Shown: positions 53,842-64,000 of the stretch, piece after piece
How the letters are laid out: each line of letters begins with the position of its first letter
Numbering within the stretch: position 1 is the first letter of the stretch
Origin: Podarcis vaucheri
Taxonomy: Eukaryota
Length of the DNA: 64,000 nucleotides
Assembly: GCA_965113315.1 (NCBI GenBank)
Contig: OZ220366.1
Direction: 5' to 3' (one strand)
Notes under the pieces: model-generated
The model's database searches: none
What the model was told of the DNA's origin: nothing
What the model saw: the letters and a program-made list of their open reading frames with translations, nothing else
Made by a program: the position numbers and the translations under genes

Positions 53842-54762
53842 ATCCCTCTCCAAACCACACCCCTCAGTGACTCTGCCATGCACCCTCCCCGAGTGTTTTG
53901 GATTGGCTGGAATGAAATGTGGCAATACCTCTCGCATGTCTTGATGAAGAATGAAAACATACATGCATCTGTACATGTGGGCCGGTGTGTCTAGAAACCT
54001 CTGACTTCTGTGTAGCTGGAATGTAGCCTATGTGCCAAACCTAAGAGTTGCACCCATTACTCTTCCCACATTTGCCTCTGGCCTCACCCACCATTTGGCA
54101 AGCAGTCTCAGGATGGTTCCCCACTCCTGGTTTACACCATGGGTGTAGATCAAAATAAAATGGCTTTTGGTGGTGTTCCTCTAACAGGTACAAAGGCCGT
54201 TGAGATCAACAGTGGGCCCCTCAACAGTCTCTAGACCTTGCCAGGTGCCTGACCCACCCGCTACTAGAATTGGCAAATTAAACACGAATGAGAATTACGC
54301 TTGCCTTTTAGGATGGCCCAGTCCTTTGAACTGCTGTGCACTTAACGCCATAGGATGGAGTGCAAGAACTGCAGTGCAGTGTCACTGTCTGCCATTATTA
54401 TACCAGCATGTTGATGAGACTACTGTTGCAACAGCCACCGCTGCCCAATGCAGCCCAGTCAGTGAAAGACTAGCAAGCCAGTGAAAGACCTGAGCAAGTG
54501 GCTCAGATATGAGTGGTGTAACTGGGATGGTAACTGGCAGGACTAGGGAGATCTTATATACCATCCTGAAAAATCAGTCAGTACTGCTGAGTCGGCTAAA
54601 TCAGCACAGACCTAGAATTTCTCATATATAGGCAAGCGGACGTCAGGGCAGTTGTAAATGTCAGGTGGGTAACAGATTGGGGTTATTTCCCCTGCAGCAC
54701 ACAGAATGCCTTCTTTATGCCATGAGATCTTTGACGCCTATCGGATCAGAGTGGCCATATAC

Positions 54763-54900
54763 CATAACTATCCATTTCCTGTTTTCAGCCTCTTGGAAAA
54801 CCAGCGACTGTGGAGAATAAAACACTTCATCATCAACTTCTTCTGGCTTTCTGGGTAAGCAGTGTAAAAATGTCCAATCAGCAGCAGCCACTTTTGCAGT
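54763..54900 (-). CDS. OTC: Ornithine carbamoyltransferase exon 9 ([46 protein letters not shown])
   Basis: 138 nt; ctttag acceptor and GTATAT donor; catalytic HCLP motif and EAENR motif intact. Confidence 0.97.
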
Positions 54901-54918
54901 CTAAAGATGGATATGGAT

Positions 54919-54997
54919 GGAGAGAGGGAGAGGGAGAGGGAGAGGGAGAGGGAGAGGGAGGGGGAGAGGGAGAGGGAGAGAGAGAGAGAGAGAGAGA
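54919..54997. repeat. (GGGAGA)n/(GA)n pure purine tract, read as a polypyrimidine tract upstream of OTC exon 9
   Basis: 79 consecutive purines on the plus strand, separated by 18 nt from the exon 9 boundary. Confidence 0.92.
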
Positions 54998-57900
54998 TTT
55001 GAAACTGAACGCCAAAACATGCTAACAGATGATCACACACAAAGTTGAAAAGTTGAAATGATGCATGTATCCCTTAAAATTACTCTTTCTCAAAAGCCCT
55101 GATTTTGGCAGCATTGTGTGGGTCATGCTAGGGTCTAACAAGCTGAAAGAATTCTAATTCTGGTTTCTTTGTCCTCTCTCCATGGTTTATGGTAATTGCT
55201 CTCTTGCTCACTGCTGTGTCAGCCATGAGCCGCCTCTTTTTAAGCTGTGTGCTTTCCTCTTTGCAGTCTGATTAGGTGCCAAGGAGTATTTATCCCCTTT
55301 GCTTTCTCTGTGTACTCACGTTTCAATTTCTTTAAATGCCAAAAAATTACACAAAACATTTAAAATAATAGAAGCACTGAGTATACATAAACCTTCTTAT
55401 GCAATTTCTGCACACTGACGTACATCATTAGTGGTGGGCTAGGAAAACAGCCAGATATATTTATGTAATTCTTTTTTCCTAGGCCCAATACATATATTAC
55501 TGTGGCAACACACTATTAAAAAATAACCAAACAAAACGTGGTTCAGCTTTATACCATCTTATAAATGTATCAGATCACAGAGCATCACATCATTATTTCC
55601 CACGCATGCCCCCCCCCCATCCATCAGGCATTGGAAGGAATTGTGTGAGGAAAATATGAATCCCTGTGACCCATGTGTCTGGGGTAAATAATTAAAGAAT
55701 CAGCTGTATGTACAGATTCAAAATGTGGTGCTAAACACTCTCCAGCAGGAGAGAGCCCTCAGTAGCAAATTTTAAATTCACAACAGTCAAGCAGCTGCAT
55801 AGCATTAGGAATATAGGTTATTAGACCTTTTTATCCTGTTTAGTCTGCTTGCAAACAGTGCTTCTCTCTTTCTACCCATTTTTCATTGAACAGACCACAC
55901 ACTGCTGAGTAAAGTTAAAATACTTATAAAGTGTCCCAAAGTTCAGATTCATGCATTTATCCAAGCAGCAGCAAGGAAAATATAGGCAGAACACTCTTGG
56001 GTTGAAAATATAGAAAGAGAGTTTCAAATACATGCTCTAAGCTTGGAGTTTGCTTAGGCACGTCTTCCTTGGTCAGTGTGGAGAGAGAGGGAACAGGAAA
56101 AGAAGACTTCACTTCCTCCTTTATCAGAGAAGAGGAGGTGTGACCTAAATGAGTCTAGGGCACAGCTCTATGATCACAACCCATTTATGCACTAACTAGC
56201 ACTAATTCTTCACAGGAATTACATGACTAGGGCAGCCCCACATGGTCTAGCCATCCATTACTTAGCCAATATTAAGCCAATATACTGAAGCATATTTTGT
56301 GGCATATGCAATGCTTCTACAGTAAGTTATTAAATTTTCTGTGAGCATTTAGAGCTGATATTATATTTGCATACTACCCTAAATACTGGATCATCACTTT
56401 GCAGCCTGAACAAATGAAACATTTACTAGTAACTTGGTAATTGAAAGAGCACGTCATTCTTCTCTTAATCCTTTATACAACAAGCATTTTCATATGCAAT
56501 GTGTTACATCTTCAAGTTCATTAAGAATTAAGGTACTTAGGAATACGTGCAGAAGCAGGACTTCTGTACCACACTTACTAAAGGTGCTGCAGCAGCAACA
56601 AAAGCAGGAGCAGCAACAGGAGAGTAGCAAAGCAAGCACTGCATTTGCTGTGTGCACTGCCACACTGCTAATTCATGCTAAGCCATAATTTATTTTTAGC
56701 TACGGTTTAACATTACATGCAGACCTGCTTAATGTATTGGGGACATGGACATCATAACATACATGCATTTGCTTGGGTAAAAGTCCATGGGTTTCACTAC
56801 CTGGCATGCTCCCTGTACCCTACACATGTACCTGTGTACATGCAGAGCAATTAGGAAAATCACATGTGAAAAGCATGCAAAGCTACCCTTAAAATTTTCA
56901 GTAATATAAACTTGACTTTACTGAGGTCCTTTACCAGCAACTGAAACCCACTTCATACATCTTGCCACAATTACAACTATTTTTTCCAATCTACTTTGAG
57001 TTGCATAATGCATTTTGTATTACTCTCTGCCATCCACATTCTGCATTTTCAGATAAATTGTGGCAGGCATTGAAAAGAAAATACAGTATGTTGCTTAAAA
57101 AGGCAACCTACGTCAAGAGTATATTCTGTTTCCAACAGTCCAGTGCTGTTGCGTAAAACTCATGGATGACCTACGAAATGGAAAATCAACCTTTGATTTA
57201 AACACAAAATGTGTGTGCCATAATAATGTGGCTCTTTTCAGCAGAGCTGCCAGAGTGGTCCTGATTCTGGTGCCCTGAATGTGCATCTAGCATTCCATTC
57301 ACCTCACTTCCTTTCTGCTGCCTATTCCTCTCTCTGCCACCTCTCAGTTGAGCAACTGGTTGATCAGCACTTCCCTTAAGAGCCAGCAGCTGGGACCTAT
57401 AACTCATTCAATCAATGGCAGGCTTGTCAGTTGGAGTTGCTCAAAATATATCACAGTGTAATCAAGAGGTTCATCTTTGGCTTCAGAAAAAAAATTACAG
57501 TGGATCACTGGTACATTCTGCACTGCTGCTATGCATGCTGCTATAATGTTTTTGTAAGGGTAATAATTGCCTATTAAATCATGCCTTTAAAAAACCCACA
57601 ATCTAAAGCATGCCTTAAAAGTCCAAATGTATTCCTTTCTATCAATAACTCATTATATATTAATCTAATACCTGAACAAAGCTTCATAGCACTATGAGCA
57701 ATTTTGAACACTACCATTCTGGGAAATAGGGTTGAAATATGGCAGTTTAATGTACAAATATTAATAAAGAGAATGGCTTTTCATGTAACCATTTTAAATA
57801 TTTTATTAGATTACATTTTCTATTTTTAAGTTGCTATATAAGAAATATTTCAGCCACATACCTTTTTGTATTTCATATTTTTTTATATATAAATGTGACC

Positions 57901-58759
57901 CTCCCATGCTGCCTGGTCTTTTTTTTTAAAGAAACATTAGCATAACACGGCCAGAAAATTACTTAAGCATATTTAGTAAGAGGTAAAAGCTATAAGTAAC
58001 AAAGGGATTTTAGAGAGAAACAGTATTACTGCAGATCACCAAAGATAACAAATCACAGCTCAATACGAAGAACCCCAAACCTGTACTAAAAACCCAACAC
58101 ATCATCAAAAGTAGAATGGGATGAGGTAAGAGAGAAGTACTATTCAAAATGCTGGATTTTCTTCACCATATTCCTTTTGCCCCTTTCATAGTATAAGCCC
58201 ATGCCTCCCTCTGGACGATTCCATCCATTATTCATCCATTTATTTATTGCTCTCTGATAAAAGAGATGGAGAAATTCCCCTGATAGGGTCTTATTCCTGA
58301 TAAGTGTGTATTTCCCTGAACAGCAGAATCAAACGGTTTTTAATATAGAGGATATCGGAAGAAGAGAAATTCAGTGGGCTCAAGAAGGAAACATCCTTCT
58401 GGAACAATGATGCTGCTTGCTGGGTAGTTAAAGCAATGAGACCACAGCCACATAAAAATAATTCCACATCCTAATTTATATGTATAAAATAAACCACACC
58501 CCTAGGCCCCTGCCTAACAATGCCCCTGCTTCTCAGAAGCTGATCTGTGCACATTGTAATCAATGTCGCACTGAACTAATTGTGTGTGCAATAGATAGCT
58601 CATAATAAATATGGAGTACCAATTGCTTATGGAGTACTGCTTAAGTATGTGAGTGAATTGATCCTGAAGAAATATATCCATTCTGTTCCCTGACTGTTGC
58701 TCATCCACTGTTATCTCCAGTGAGCATTTTATGTGCATTCATCCATGCAGGCACTATAG

Positions 58760-59227
58760 CAGGGGTCAGCAACCTTTTTCAGCCATGGGCCAGTCCACCA
58801 TCCCTCAGACCACGTGGTGGGCTGGACTATATTGGGGGGGGGGAATGAATGAATTCCTATGTCGAATAAATAACCCAGAGATGCATTTTCTGGGGAACCG
58901 GGTTCGCGTCTCCGCTCCTCCACATGCAGCTGCTGGGTGACCTTGGGCCAGTCACACTTCTTTGAAGTCTCTCAGCCCCACTCACCTCACAGAGTGTTTG
59001 TTGTGGGGGAGGAAGGGAAAGGAGATTGTTAGCCGCTTTGAGACTCCTGAAGGGGAGTGAAAGGCGGGATATCAAATCCAAACTCTTCTTCTTCTTCTTC
59101 TTCATTTTAAATAAAAGCACACATTCTACTCATGTAAGAACATGCTGATTCCCGGACTATCCAAGGGCCGGATTGAGAAGGCGATTGGGCCGCATCTGGC
59201 CCATGGGCCATAGGTTGCCTACCCCTG
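58760..59227. mobile_element. Non-autonomous hAT (Charlie-type) element in OTC intron 8
   Basis: TIRs CAGGGGTCAGCAACC and GGTTGCCTACCCCTG; perfect 8-bp TSD cactatag at 58752-58759 and 59228-59235. Confidence 0.9.
58890..59102 (+). mobile_element. Squam3-like SINE, 5'-truncated, nested in a hAT MITE
   Basis: Same family; short TSD catttt at 58884-58889 and 59103-59108. Confidence 0.85.
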
Positions 59228-59931
59228 CACTATAGCATCCAGATACAGAGATGTGACTTCTACATTTCCCAGGGCCTAACCACACATTAGTATTACTTGA
59301 ACCAAAAACAAGATTAAAACCAAGCACAGAGAAGGTGTGCGATTCGGGGAGGGGAGACTTCACCCTTGTATTTCATGCTGCAACCCTGAAAAAGTTGAAC
59401 CCCTTTACACTAAGTACCAACAGTAGAATAAAAACTATTGGCTAATGGGAAGGTGCTTTTTTGCTTTTTGTAGACTGTTGCTATTTGCCACACAGGGTTG
59501 TGTGATATTTTTTTCACGGTCATAGTAGAGAGCAGAAGAGTCAAGGCCCCCTTCCCCACATGTTGTGGTCTTAACTAGGATCAGGGCCTCCTGTTTTTGG
59601 TTCTAATATTTATATATAAATAAATACACACACACAAACACACTGGTTATGTTTACTTCATCTCTCAGGTCACTATTTCAGGAAGGTAGGGAAGTTCCTT
59701 ATGCAGTGTTCAGCCTGATATTTTTGTGGCACTCTATTAAGGTTAGCAGTTGTTTCAGAGTAGCTGTAGTCATTGTTATAATAATCTAAAATATGTACTC
59801 TGTAGATATTTCAACAAACATGTACCACAAATCTCCAGTGTTAGGTAATGCAAGCATATATGAGGCCTAAAATGTTTTCTTCTGGAATCTACAAAACCTT
59901 AGAAATCTGGTGGGAAATCTTTGCATTTTAC

Positions 59932-60081
59932 CTTCATTGTGATCTGATAACCCTGGAAAGCCCTCAGTCTCTCTTCTTTTTCTGCCTCTTGCCCCATGCT
60001 TATCCATGTGTCTGTGATCAAAACGTTGGCTCCTTTGGCAGCTTCAGTGGGGACACTGGTGAGAAACAACTTGGTGTTGTG
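59932..60081 (-). CDS. OTC: Ornithine carbamoyltransferase exon 8 ([50 protein letters not shown])
   Basis: 150 nt; ttcatgttag acceptor and GTAAAA donor; carries the ornithine-binding DTWISMG (SMG loop) motif. Confidence 0.97.
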
Positions 60082-60166
60082 CTAACATGAATAAATCAGA
60101 GGAAATGCACTAAGTTCACATGGAGCACAGTAGAAAAAAAAACATTTTACTGTCACATCCTCGTAC

Positions 60167-60220
60167 CTTTACGGACTCCTGTTCTGCTATTTTGATGACC
60201 ATGGGATCTGGCTCAAAACC
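60167..60220 (-). CDS. OTC: Ornithine carbamoyltransferase exon 7 (GFEPDPMVIKIAEQESVK)
   Basis: 54 nt; ttttgacag acceptor and GTACGA donor; followed by an 85-nt intron, short as in human intron 7. Confidence 0.95.
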
Positions 60221-62127
60221 CTGTCAAAATAGATTACAGTGTTACAATGTATTCCATTCTTGCTACAAATAGAGAACATTAAACACATTCCCAGTTTTTA
60301 TAGAAATAGACAGTAACCTGGGTACTCTTAACTACCGTATATCATTCACAATACCTGAACTGGCAGCGTGCCTAGAGTTGGTTGGAGAGTTCCTGGATTA
60401 GATTTCCAAGCTATGGAAAACTGGCCCCTGGACTTTAAAAAGCATCTAGATGGTAATTGCATAAATAGAACCACATTGGAGCCAAAATGAGATATGATAC
60501 TAGCAAATGTGTGTGTGGGTATTGAGTCGATGCCAATTCCCTATAAAGCACCAACACCACATATGGAAGGGTGGAGCTGCTCTCCTGACACCAGCATCAC
60601 TGCTGTTTACCTGGATGGAATGGGGGTGAGATGGATGGGAGGGTGCACTGTCAGGAGAACTGAATTACAGCAGAGGTCCCACCAGTGTCACTACCTGCTC
60701 CCAACCTTGCTGTCACTCCACCACACACACATAAAGCATAAGGAGAAGGAAAAGTTTCTTACCGTCCTTTTTTATTTCAATATTACAGAGAGAGGCTATA
60801 GAACCCAGCCTCTTGGATAATGGCGTTGTCCCGAGTGAATCTCCACCCCCTGTCTCTCCCACTTCCTCATTTGTCACTTCTATGGATGCTGCTACATGCC
60901 CTCCGTCTTTGAGCTCTTTGCTCTCCTACTTTTAAGGCTCACTGGGTTCTTGGAGATGGGGGCTCTGGAATGCTTTCTAAAGACAACGTGTCAATCAGCT
61001 GCTGCTTTGGTCCTACCTCCTCCTCTCCCATTATTTCCCAACTTTTGTCCTCATCTACCTCTGAGCTGTGACCTCCCTCAAACCACTGTTGTAAATCCAT
61101 ACTATCTTCCGCTTCCTCCTCCCTGGAAGGGTCAGGATGGGGAGGCTGTCTCCACCATTCCTCCTCTGCCCGGTCCCTGACAGCATCCTTCATTTGTTGA
61201 TGGACTATAACTCCCACCATCTCTGACCATTGGCCATGCTGCTGGAGTTGTTGGATTCCAACATCTGGAGAGTACTAATGTGGGGAAGCTCATGGTAAAT
61301 GTCAGCCAGCACAGAGGCTCTTCAAGAAGAGCGAGAATCAAAAGATGTGTCAGATCTCCTAACCACCCAAATTACTTAATCTACTGTGCCCAGCTAGCAG
61401 TCCGAATTACTCAATTTTGTCCTGATCTTAGTAAAGCAACCTATTACATTGAGCACATATTTTTTAAAAAAGTTCAGGGACTGTTTGTGAGATTAAACTC
61501 TGTCTCTTCTGGGGCTGGATCTTCTGAATCTAATTCATGGGGACTAGCTCATTGTTCTTCTAGTGAAATGGTGACTTCAACTTCTGTCTTCAGTCTAATC
61601 TTTAACCCTCTCATTCCTGAACTCTGAATCTTGAGGCCATTTCCTTGTAGCTAAGCATTTTCCTTCAGAGTGATAATGGGCTAGTTTTGTTAACAGTTTT
61701 ATACCATTAAACTCTGGATAAAGTGCACTCATTATCAATGGACATGTATTTAGATTTTTTTAGCTTCCAAAGCAAAGTCAATTTGGCTTTGCACTCTTGT
61801 ATATAGATTTTGTGAGACTAAACCCTCTAATAAAATCACAAATGCTTTTCTTTTTCAAAGCTGACAACCAACTTTACTGGCCCTGTTCAGAGCCACATGC
61901 TACCCTGAAACCATGCTGCTTTAAACAAAATGTGAAAACTATGGAAAAACAGTATTTCAGCTTTAGAGCAGCGATCGCTAAACTTGGAGGGTCACAAATG
62001 TGGTTGGACTCCAATTCCCATCAGCCCCAACCAGCATGGGCAATGGTCAGGAATGATGGGAGGTGCAGTCCATGTTCTTTGCCTTAGAACATTTGACTTC
62101 CTCTCTCCCCAACTAAGATTTTCTTAC

Positions 62128-62250
62128 CTTTGGAGTAGCAACATGCAGATTCATCCCAAATCTAGCAGCACTAAGCATAATGGAGTTTAGGACATTATTT
62201 CCATCACCTATCCAACTTAGGGTCAATCCATTCAAAGATCCATAGTGTTC
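62128..62250 (-). CDS. OTC: Ornithine carbamoyltransferase exon 6 ([41 protein letters not shown])
   Basis: 123 nt, same length as human exon 6; tttttggtag acceptor and GTAAGA donor; WIGDGNN motif. Confidence 0.97.
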
Positions 62251-64000
62251 CTACCAAAAACAAAACAAAACAAAGCCACAGTTATTTACAGTGCTTGTCA
62301 GTTTTGAAGTGCAACTTTTATCATACCATGTAGTCTGGGATCTGGCAACAAGGATGTTGCCTTTGAACAAATTGCCATTGCCCATATTCTTTCTTTGTCA
62401 TAAACATTACAGGATATTAACATTATTCTGTCAATCAATACACTATTATTATCCCAGCCAAGGTTAAGCAAATTGCTTAAGTGCCTATACGCTAATGGAC
62501 AATATCCTGCCTTATTTTCTATGAGCTGGAGCCATTCATTATACTTGTTCCATACAAGAGCATATGCTTCTCTAGCACATAAGTATGAATGACAGGGAAA
62601 TATATCTGTGTATTTCACATGCCTGTGATCACAGAACTCTAGCACTGCATTTATATTAGATGGAGAATTTGCCACAATGTGGGTAACTTTCATTCATTTA
62701 TTATTTTAGAATGCATGCATCCTGCTTTCTTCTTATAAACATGTAGATAATGTGAAAATAATACTTTGAAAGTGATACATCAAAAAAACCAATGAAGCCT
62801 GAGCAGACTTCCAACAATTAAGGGTTGGTCTTCCATGCTGCTAATAATTCCTTGTCCCTGCTTATGAAGCAGGAAGCAGGAAAGACTATGCAAAATAAAT
62901 AAATTCATGAATATTTCTTTTAATTTGCATAATATGACTTTTCTTGGCACAGATTTGAATGTCATTGTTACTTATGATGATGAAACATGGGGTAGAATAG
63001 CCCTAACCAAAGCCAATAATAACTTGTTATCCAAACAATCAGATACTTCTTCTTTATTAATATCTCTAATCTCTGTGGAGATAGCCGGCATAGTTCATCA
63101 GATGACAAGAGTCAAGTATTAGAACCATCTGTCATGCTCGATGTCCTGAACCACAAAAGCCAAGACACACAGAGAGAAATATGGATAATAACACTGTTCT
63201 CTCTAAACAGGTAGCCTAGAAGGGAACTGGCAGGATGCTAACAGCTAGTACAGCTAGCAGGCAGCGAACTATTACATAAGAACCATGAGTCACTTGCAAT
63301 TACTGAAAAGCTGTCAATTCTTGGTGATGAAATGCCTTCCAAAGGTTATCAGACAAAATGAACAGCTGGAAATGATTTATTCACCCTGCATTCTAATGCA
63401 GCCAACATTTCTCTTTTTGTTAGGACCTGATCTGGGGTGTTGCAACTTTCTACAGCAGCTCACGAAGCCTGAATGGATGCCACCTTCATGGAGTATCCAG
63501 AGGCCCTGCTCTTCTATAACTGGGTAATTCTTCCCACCTCGAATGATCCTTTTAATAGAAACAAGCCATCACCAAATGTGTATTTATGGAAAGAGCCATT
63601 TTTGCACCCAGCACGGTTCCCACAGCATTTTAAGCCTCCTGCATGAATACTTTTCAGATTCCTCCATGTGCAATCAAAGAACACCCACTCAGAGCTTAAC
63701 TTGTGTGATTCATCTAGCCAAAAGAAGAGATGCCACACTTTGTACAGCTAATCTTTTTGCCATAAGTATGCTGGTGTTTCCCACAGCAAAGACAGGTTGT
63801 ATCCTTAAACACCTGTGTCCTGGATACCCAGGTACATGTACATGAATGAATCTTTGCAATAAGAGTAGCCAACATACTACATCAAAATCCCATCAACCTC
63901 AGCCAGCATGGCCCTGCTCAGGGTTGATGGAACTGCAGTCCAATAACATGAGGAGGACACCATGTTGCCCACACCAGGCTTAATGGAAGGCTGCTTATGT

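Noticed and set aside
63120-63150. Minus-strand SSMTD peptide resembling the start of OTC exon 5
   Set aside because: Similarity stops immediately and a stop codon follows; no HPIQILAD motif is present in 62251-64000, so exon 5 lies beyond the window.

Overview
Vertebrate genomic DNA from a squamate reptile, most likely a lacertid lizard (inferred from Sauria SINE, Squam3-like SINE and CR1/L2 repeat content). Two protein-coding genes lie in tandem on the minus strand. (1) The 3' half of OTC (ornithine carbamoyltransferase): coding exons 6-10 at 62128-62250, 60167-60220, 59932-60081, 54763-54900 and 53211-53270, all with GT-AG sites and lengths matching human OTC. These exons are missed by the ORF track. 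(2) About 16 kb downstream, the CpG-island promoter and first coding exon of TSPAN7 (37038-37118); positions 1-37037 are its large intron 1, and exon 2 was not found in the window. The rest is transposon-rich non-coding DNA with SINEs, CR1/L2/RT fragments, hAT and Tc1/mariner MITEs and several nested insertions. The most striking structure is a 580-bp spacer-less palindrome (29827-30406) in TSPAN7 intron 1. It is built from two inverted Penelope-like pseudo-LTR copies, each carrying a minimal hammerhead-ribozyme-like core, inserted in a (TA)n/(CA)n microsatellite. All comparisons were done by eye; repeat family names and human residue numbers are from recall and need database confirmation.
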